From assembly GCA_963664705.1 (NCBI GenBank), contig OY761556.1, forward strand, positions 5,472,001-5,536,000: a stretch of 64,000 bases of DNA, read 5' to 3'. Origin of the DNA: Acidobacteriota bacterium (GTDB lineage: Bacteria; Acidobacteriota; UBA6911). Of the stretch, positions 57,360 to 64,000 are shown in pieces. The notes under the pieces are model-generated. The model was given only the letters and a program-made list of their open reading frames with translations, searched no databases and was not told the origin of the DNA. Numbering within the stretch: the stretch's first letter is position 1; every line of letters begins with the position of its first letter. The translations under genes and the position numbers were made by a program.

Positions 57360-57749
57360 CTAGAGCGTTCCTACGAAAGTGGATCCCTCGGTTTTGAAAG
57401 TGAGATCCCGCTCAAAGAGTATAAAGTCGACCCGTACGCTGTACTGGACCCGGATGTGCACCTGGCCTGCGAATCGTTCTACCGAAATATTCTGGCGCGT
57501 AAGGCGAATTTCGTTTCGCCTGCCGATGTCTATGATGTCTTTGGCGATGGTCTCGTCGTCAAGGAAGTGAGCACCGGCCCGGCTGACCTCTGTCTTTACA
57601 CCCGATTCCAGATTGAAATCGGCATAAAGAATCGGAGCAAGGACTATGCCCAGATAGATGGCTACTCCGACAATGACGATCAGGAGCATGCATCCAACTA
57701 TTCCTTTCCCTTCTGTTTCATTCAGACGTCGGAAGTAATCGGATCTCAT
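57360..57749 (-). CDS. DUF4845-like small membrane protein
   Basis: Pilin-like G-hydrophobic N-terminus, APILY, VQYSVRV; downstream of lepA. Confidence 0.6.
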   Translation of the reverse strand: MRSDYFRRLNETEGKGIVGCMLLIVIVGVAIYLGIVLAPILYADFNLESGVKTEVSRAGAHFLDDETIAKDIIDIGRRNEIRLTRQNISVERFAGQVHIRVQYSVRVDFILFERDLTFKTEGSTFVGTL

Positions 57750-57885
57750 TTTCTACACTTCTCCTGGGGGATGTTCAATTCATCGGCAGTATTGGAAAAC
57801 TCATTAAATCTGTGTCGAAAGAAATGCTGAACGGCCATCCAACCTACTATAAAAATCGAGGTTTTAGAAGTCGGATTCCAGCCTT

Positions 57886-59688
57886 TTACTGTTCGACTTT
57901 CAGAATGGCGAGGAAAGCGTCCTGTGGGATCTCGACTTTCCCCAATTTTTTCATCCGCTTCTTCCCTTCTTTCTGTTTTTCCAGGAGCTTTCTTTTCCGC
58001 GTGATATCGCCGCCGTAGCATTTTGCCAGAACGTTTTTCCGCATGGCGCGAACGACTTCCCTTGCGATGATCTTGCTTCCGATGGCAGCCTGAATAGGCA
58101 CTTCGAACATCTGCCGTGGGATAAGTTCCTTCATTTTTACTGCCAGCGCCCGGCCGCGCGTTATTGCGAAATCCTGATGAACGATAAGCGAAAGCGCATC
58201 CACCGGTTCCCCGGCCACCATGATGTCCAACCGGACCAGCTTCGATTCCTGGTATCCACTGAAGTGATAATCCAGCGAGGCGTACCCGCGGGAAGCAGAC
58301 TTCATCCGATCATAAAAATCGAGCACAATCTCATTCAGAGGAAGCTCATAGGTGATGAGTACACGGTTTTGAGTGATGTATTCAAAGCCCTTCTGCACTC
58401 CCCGCTTCTCTTCCGCGAGTTTCAGGATGGGGCCGACAAACTCATCATTGGTGAGAATCATGGCTTTGATCAGCGGCTCTTCGAATTTGGCGATTTCCTG
58501 CACATCGGGAAGCTTGGAAGGGTTGTGGATTTCCAGGACTTCCCCTTTGGTTGTCGTGATGCGATAGCGCACGCCGGGGGCTGTTGTGATCAAATCCAGA
58601 TTGAACTCGCGCTCAAGCCGTTCCTGAACGATTTCCATGTGGAGCAGACCGAGGAATCCGCATCGGAACCCGAATCCGAGGGCTCCGGAAGTATCCGGTT
58701 CGTAAAAGAAAGCGGAATCGTTAAGCTGCAATTTACCGAGCGCATCCCGGAGATCCTCGTAGGCCTCACTATTTGTAGGGTAGAGCCCCGCAAACACCAT
58801 CGGCTTGACTTCCTGAAATCCAGGGAATGGTTCCGGCGTCTGGCGTGCATCTTCGGTAATGGTGTCGCCAATCTTGGTATCGGCTACCCGTTTGATATTG
58901 GCAATGACAAAGCCTACCTCTCCGACCGAAAGCTCCTCGACTTCCACCAGTTTTGGAGTGAGGACACCCACCTGCTCCACGTTGAAGCTCTGCTGGGTTG
59001 CCACCATCCGGATTTTCTGCCCTTTTCTAAGCGTCCCATCGATCACTCGTACGAGGACAATGACACCTCTGTAGGCGTCAAACCAGGAGTCGAAAATCAA
59101 AGCTTTGAGCGGAGCTTCATAGTCTCCTTTGGGCGGAGGCAGCCGATGGACAATGGCTTCGAGAATTTCCTCCGTTCCGATTCCCTGCTTGGCGCTGGCC
59201 AGGATTGCATCTTTGGGATCCAGGCCGATGATGTTCTCCAACTGATCCTGGATGCGCGGGATTTCCGCACTGGGCAGATCGATCTTATTGATGACAGGAA
59301 CTATTTCCAGATGATGATCCAAGGCAAGGTATGTATTGGCGAGCGTTTGTGCCTCCACACCCTGCGCGGCATCGACAATCAGAAGGGCGCCTTCGCACGC
59401 GGAAAGACTTCTGGAAACCTCGTAAGAGAAGTCGACATGACCCGGTGTGTCGATCAGATTGAGAACATAGTCCTCTCCATTTTGAGCCCGGTAGTTGAGG
59501 CGGACCGAATGCGCTTTGATCGTGATGCCCCGTTCCCGCTCCAGGTCCATGGCATCCAGGACCTGGTCAGACATTTCCCGCTTGGTCAGAGCGCCGGTGC
59601 GCTCGAGAAGCCTGTCGGCCAGCGTAGATTTGCCGTGATCGATATGGGCAATAATCGAAAAATTACGGATATGGCTCTTATCACTCAA
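57886..59688 (-). CDS. lepA: Elongation factor 4
   Basis: [54 protein letters not shown]. Confidence 0.99.
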   Translation of the reverse strand: MSDKSHIRNFSIIAHIDHGKSTLADRLLERTGALTKREMSDQVLDAMDLERERGITIKAHSVRLNYRAQNGEDYVLNLIDTPGHVDFSYEVSRSLSACEGALLIVDAAQGVEAQTLANTYLALDHHLEIVPVINKIDLPSAEIPRIQDQLENIIGLDPKDAILASAKQGIGTEEILEAIVHRLPPPKGDYEAPLKALIFDSWFDAYRGVIVLVRVIDGTLRKGQKIRMVATQQSFNVEQVGVLTPKLVEVEELSVGEVGFVIANIKRVADTKIGDTITEDARQTPEPFPGFQEVKPMVFAGLYPTNSEAYEDLRDALGKLQLNDSAFFYEPDTSGALGFGFRCGFLGLLHMEIVQERLEREFNLDLITTAPGVRYRITTTKGEVLEIHNPSKLPDVQEIAKFEEPLIKAMILTNDEFVGPILKLAEEKRGVQKGFEYITQNRVLITYELPLNEIVLDFYDRMKSASRGYASLDYHFSGYQESKLVRLDIMVAGEPVDALSLIVHQDFAITRGRALAVKMKELIPRQMFEVPIQAAIGSKIIAREVVRAMRKNVLAKCYGGDITRKRKLLEKQKEGKKRMKKLGKVEIPQDAFLAILKVEQ

Positions 59689-59740
59689 AATTTATGTTCC
59701 TCAATTCCCTTAGATTCGCACTTGCGAGCTATTAACTATA

Positions 59741-59793
59741 CCTCGAAGACCCGAAGGCTCGAAGAATTCCTTTGAGTCTTCGAGTCTGCGAGG
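59741..59793. repeat. REP-like palindrome of the 9-mer family
   Basis: CCTCGAAGACCCGAAGGCTCGAAG/CTTTGAGTCTTCGAGTCTGCGAGG; the right arm shares 18 identical nt with 7576-7593. Confidence 0.7.
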
Positions 59794-59824
59794 TTCAGGG
59801 GGTATAATATTCATTTTTGGATAC

Positions 59825-61909
59825 ATGGCCAGAAAACCTGCAACCGACACAGATCTGACGTATTCCGATATTTCTTATGGGAAGGCGCTTATCCACTCTT
59901 CCCGATTTGAAATCAGCACTCCGTTCCAGCCTTGCGGCAACCAGGCCGAAGCTATTGCTCAGCTTGTGAACGGTGTATCCAATGGCGAAAAGCACCAGGT
60001 ACTTCTCGGCGTCACCGGCTCGGGGAAGACGTTTACCATGGCCAAAACGATCGAAGCGCTGCAGCGACCGGCCGTTGTTCTGGCGCACAACAAAACGCTG
60101 GCCGCTCAGTTATACCGCGAATTCAAAAACTTTTTCCCCAATAATGCCGTCGAATATTTTGTTTCCTACTACGACTACTACCAACCGGAAGCATATATCG
60201 CATCCACCGATACCTACATTGAAAAGGATGCCTTGATCAACGATGAGATTGACCGGTTGCGTCACTCGGCAACGCGTTCGCTCTTCGAGCGGAGAGATTG
60301 CATCGTCGTTGCCAGCGTTTCCTGCATCTATGGACTCGGTTCTCCGGAAGCCTATTATGGGATGCTCCTGTTTCTGGAAAAGGGGCAACAGATCAAACGG
60401 GATGAAATACTGCGGCGCCTCGTCGAGATGCAGTATTCGCGGCAGGACTATGGCCTGGAGCGCGGATGTTTCCGCGCGCGCGGCGACATTGTGGAGGTCT
60501 TTCCAACCTACGAGGATTATGCCGTCCGCATCGATCTGTTCGGGGATGAAATCGAATCCATTGCCCAGATTGATCCGATAACCGGGCGCGTGCTGAAAAA
60601 GCACGAACGGATGCCCGTCTATCCGAAGTCGCATTATGTGCAGCCGCGGGATCAATTGCTGAGGGCGATGGGCAGCATACGGGAGGAACTCGAAGAGTGG
60701 AGAACGAAGCTGGAGCAGGAGGACAAGCTTTTGGAGGCACGCCGCCTGCACCAGCGGACGATGTTTGATCTCGAGATGATGAAAGAACTCGGGTATTGCC
60801 GCGGGATCGAGAACTATTCCCGCCACCTGACCGGGCGAAAACCGGGGGACCCTCCGCCGACGCTGCTGGACTACCTTCCACGCGAGTGGGTTTTGTTTAT
60901 CGATGAGAGTCATGCTACGGTTCCGCAGGTCCGTGGGATGTATTTCGGGGATCGGTCCCGCAAGGAAATCCTTGTGAAATACGGATTCCGGCTGCCATCC
61001 GCCCTGGACAATCGTCCGTTGAATTTCGCTGAGTTTGAAAACCGAGTGAATCAGGTTATATATGTGTCGGCCACTCCCGGTCCCTACGAACTTACAAAAT
61101 CAGCCGGCGTCGTCGTTGAACAAGTTGTTCGGCCGACAGGGCTGACCGATCCGCAGATAGAGATCCGACCCGTGGCTGGTCAGGTCGACAATCTGATGGA
61201 AGAAATCCGGCTTCGCGCGGAATGCAATGAAAGAGTGCTGGTCACTACGCTGACAAAGCGAATGTCTGAAGATCTTGCGGAATATTATACCGAGCTCGGA
61301 TTGAGAGTCCGTTACCTCCACTCTGAAATCGAAACGCTGGACAGGATCAAAATTCTCCGTTCTTTGCGCGCCGGGGAATTTGATGCCCTGATTGGAATCA
61401 ACCTTCTGCGCGAAGGGCTGGATCTTCCCGAGGTTTCCCTGGTTGCGATACTGGATGCGGACAAGGAAGGATTTTTGCGCTCCACTACCTCTCTCGTTCA
61501 GACCATAGGACGCGCGGCAAGGCATATTAACGGCAAAGCCATCCTTTATGCGGATGTGATTACCGGCTCCATGAAGGCGGCTATGGACGAAACCAGCCGT
61601 CGGCGCGCCATTCAACAGCAATACAATGAAGAGAACGACATTACACCTCAGTCGGTCATCAAGCCGCTTGATCCGGAATTGATGCGAATTTATGAAGGCG
61701 ATTACTACGAAGTGCCTGCCGTCGCCGAAGAAGGAAAAGAATATCGCACACTCGAGGAACTGAATCTCGAAATTCAGCGCCTTGAAGAGGAGATGCGAAA
61801 AGCCGCAAAGGAATACGAATTTGAGAAGGCGGCCGCTTTGCGCGACCAGGTTAAAAAACTGAAGAAAACAGCAATGGAGTTTATTTCCCAACCAGAGTCC
61901 TCCCCATGA
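59825..61909 (+). CDS. uvrB: Excinuclease ABC subunit B
   Basis: [44 protein letters not shown]. Confidence 0.99.
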   Translation: MARKPATDTDLTYSDISYGKALIHSSRFEISTPFQPCGNQAEAIAQLVNGVSNGEKHQVLLGVTGSGKTFTMAKTIEALQRPAVVLAHNKTLAAQLYREFKNFFPNNAVEYFVSYYDYYQPEAYIASTDTYIEKDALINDEIDRLRHSATRSLFERRDCIVVASVSCIYGLGSPEAYYGMLLFLEKGQQIKRDEILRRLVEMQYSRQDYGLERGCFRARGDIVEVFPTYEDYAVRIDLFGDEIESIAQIDPITGRVLKKHERMPVYPKSHYVQPRDQLLRAMGSIREELEEWRTKLEQEDKLLEARRLHQRTMFDLEMMKELGYCRGIENYSRHLTGRKPGDPPPTLLDYLPREWVLFIDESHATVPQVRGMYFGDRSRKEILVKYGFRLPSALDNRPLNFAEFENRVNQVIYVSATPGPYELTKSAGVVVEQVVRPTGLTDPQIEIRPVAGQVDNLMEEIRLRAECNERVLVTTLTKRMSEDLAEYYTELGLRVRYLHSEIETLDRIKILRSLRAGEFDALIGINLLREGLDLPEVSLVAILDADKEGFLRSTTSLVQTIGRAARHINGKAILYADVITGSMKAAMDETSRRRAIQQQYNEENDITPQSVIKPLDPELMRIYEGDYYEVPAVAEEGKEYRTLEELNLEIQRLEEEMRKAAKEYEFEKAAALRDQVKKLKKTAMEFISQPESSP

Positions 61910-63201
61910 TCCATTCACTGAATTCCTGTACATCACTGGCCGGTAGCGTTCTTGTACCGGGCGACAAGTCCATTTCCCATCGATACGCCATGATTGCGGC
62001 CATCGCCGAAGGCACGTCCGTAATTGAGCATTTTGCCGCCAGCCGCGATTGCCACAGCACGCTCGGCTGCCTGAGCGCATTAGGGGTCGAATTGTCCGAA
62101 TCGGGCAAGAGAGTAACAATCCGCGGAGCCGGGCTGCGCGGACTGAAAGCGCCTAGAGGTCTTCTCGACGCAGGGAATTCCGGAACCACCATTCGGCTTC
62201 TCTCCGGCATTCTGGCCGGGCATTCGTTCCAGTCCTCCATTTCGGGGGATGATTCCCTTTCGAGCCGTCCGATGGGAAGAATCATGCGGCCCCTGCGGGA
62301 AATGGGTGCGGCGATCGAGTCACGCGAAGGAGAACGTCCGCCGTTGAGCATTCGAGGCGGCAGACTCCAGGCAATCCGCTACAAGCTTCCAGTGGCAAGC
62401 GCACAGGTGAAGTCCTGCGTTCTTCTTGCCGGTTTGTATGCAGATGGGTCGACCGCAGTCGAGGAAATCGTTCCCACGCGCGATCACACGGAAGCTGCGC
62501 TTGTTGAGTTTGGAGGAACTGTACGCATTTCGGGGAATTGGATCGAGGTAGATCCTGAACCTCGACTGCAGGCGCGATGCCTGAGCGTTCCAGGAGATCT
62601 TTCCGGCGCCGCCTTTTTTCTTGTTGCGGCCGCGCTTGTCCCCGGTTCAGATCTGCGGATCCCCGCCATTGGCCTGAATAAAAGAAGACGGGAGCTTCTG
62701 AACTATCTTTTGCGAGCAGGCCTGGATATTTCCGTCGAGAATGAGACTGAAGAAGGGGGTGAGCCGCGCGGAGATTTGCGCGTGCGCTATAACGAAAAGG
62801 CTTTGAGAAAGGCGCTCCCACCAATTCAAGGCAATGAAACCGCAGCCTTGATTGACGAAATTCCCATCCTCTCCGTGCTGGGTTCCCAGGCGGATGGCGG
62901 TCTGGAAATTTCCGATGCCAAGGAACTGCGAGTGAAGGAAAGTGATCGTATCACCGCAATTGCCGAAAACCTGCGTGCGATGGATGCGCTCGTCGAGGAA
63001 AAGCCGGATGGCCTGCTGATTTCAGGTGGGCGGCGTTTGAAAGGTGCGGACATCATCACACGAAGTGATCACCGGATTGCCATGGCATTTGCCATTGCGG
63101 CGCTTGCAGCAGATGGGACTACACGCATTCACGATGCCGAGTCTGCCGACGTCAGCTTCCCCGGTTTCTGGCATGCTCTTTCCGGGGTCGGACCGAAGTA
63201 A
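61906..63201 (+). CDS. aroA: EPSP synthase
   Basis: [42 protein letters not shown]. Confidence 0.97.
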   Translation: MIHSLNSCTSLAGSVLVPGDKSISHRYAMIAAIAEGTSVIEHFAASRDCHSTLGCLSALGVELSESGKRVTIRGAGLRGLKAPRGLLDAGNSGTTIRLLSGILAGHSFQSSISGDDSLSSRPMGRIMRPLREMGAAIESREGERPPLSIRGGRLQAIRYKLPVASAQVKSCVLLAGLYADGSTAVEEIVPTRDHTEAALVEFGGTVRISGNWIEVDPEPRLQARCLSVPGDLSGAAFFLVAAALVPGSDLRIPAIGLNKRRRELLNYLLRAGLDISVENETEEGGEPRGDLRVRYNEKALRKALPPIQGNETAALIDEIPILSVLGSQADGGLEISDAKELRVKESDRITAIAENLRAMDALVEEKPDGLLISGGRRLKGADIITRSDHRIAMAFAIAALAADGTTRIHDAESADVSFPGFWHALSGVGPK

Positions 63202-63243
63202 ATTGCTGATTCAAATAGATTCAAATATGCGGATGAATCCCGG

Positions 63244-63834
63244 TTATTTCTTCAGTGCGCGCTCAATGAGGGTTTTGAGGCGGGCGCGAGCTCTAAATAC
63301 CTTCAGTCGCGCTGCCTGCTCAGTACACTTGAGTGTTTCTGCGATCTTGGAGTAGGGAACAACCTCGAGGTCCCGGAGGACGACGGCCATGCGCTGCTGG
63401 TCGGGCAGTTGGTCCAGCATTTTCCGAAGAAGGGCCTGCAATTCCTGCCGGTCGTCTCCTGAATCGGGCGGAGTCTCGTTCTGATTGATCAGTTTTTCGA
63501 TACTGCCGGTGTCGTCCAGGCTCAGCTCGGTAAAGGTATGGGTTTTCTGGCGCCGGATGCGCCGGAGTTCGTCATAGCATTGATTGATGGCGATGCGATA
63601 CAGCCATGGAAAGAATGGGCGGCGCACATCAAATTTTGGCAATGAAAAATAGATTTTGGTAAAAATTTTCTGAGCTACATCTTCGACTTCACTTCGATAG
63701 CCGATGTAGTGGTAAGCCAGATTAAAGACGGTCTGCTGGTATTTGCGCACCAATTCTTCGAATGCAAGCGCATCCCCTTGTTGGCATTGCTCTACCAGCT
63801 TGCGATCGTCATCCGGGTATGGTTCCTGCCACAC
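63244..63834 (-). CDS. ECF RNA polymerase sigma factor
   Basis: GDALAFEELV, EDVAQ, WLYRIAINQCYD, KVFRAR. Confidence 0.92.
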   Translation of the reverse strand: MWQEPYPDDDRKLVEQCQQGDALAFEELVRKYQQTVFNLAYHYIGYRSEVEDVAQKIFTKIYFSLPKFDVRRPFFPWLYRIAINQCYDELRRIRRQKTHTFTELSLDDTGSIEKLINQNETPPDSGDDRQELQALLRKMLDQLPDQQRMAVVLRDLEVVPYSKIAETLKCTEQAARLKVFRARARLKTLIERALKK

Positions 63835-63843
63835 AGACGGATC

Positions 63844-64000
63844 CTATGGGTTAAGGGATATCTTGTGCAATCTCTCGCTCGCGGATTTCAGAGTCGAATC
63901 CTTTTTGCAGAAGCAAAAGCGGACATACCCGGATCCGCGTTCGGGCTCATGGAAAAAGCTGCTTCCCGGGACAACAGCTACTCCGATATCTTTGACAAGA
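63844..64000 (-). CDS. Class I/II PLP aminotransferase, C-terminal fragment
   Basis: Manual translation LVKDIGVAVVPGSSFF...YVRFCFCKK..TL..ASERL; 5' end lies outside the window. Confidence 0.8.
   Translation of the reverse strand, partial: LVKDIGVAVVPGSSFFHEPERGSGYVRFCFCKKDSTLKSASERLHKISLNP

Overview
This is a 64-kb bacterial chromosomal segment, probably from Acidobacteriota (inferred from gene content and the style of the surface proteins). Housekeeping genes flank it: mtfA-like, metK, adh, dinB-family, ku and mqnC on the left; guaB, secA, gmhA, lepA, uvrB, aroA and an aminotransferase on the right. The central ~40 kb is a cell-surface block. It holds two paralogous secreted Ala/Thr/Ser/Val-rich S-layer-like genes flanking an FG-GAP protein, and an 8-gene glycan operon ending in an unusual WecA/WbpL-CapD/WbpM fusion, with no flippase or polymerase. 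It also holds a 1061-aa O-antigen-ligase/O-OTase-like TPR protein and a near-complete type II secretion operon headed by an ECF sigma/anti-sigma pair. My main hypothesis is a dedicated S-layer glycoprotein build, glycosylate and export locus. Other notable items are a Ku-adjacent MerR-HTH/TPR protein with a beta-clamp-like QLNLF motif, a 330-bp insertion (60-bp direct repeat, perfect 29-bp inverted repeats, internally deleted GxxExxY-like remnant), and several REP-like palindrome families. I saw no rRNA, tRNA, CRISPR array or intact transposase. All family assignments come from motif recognition by eye, not database searches.
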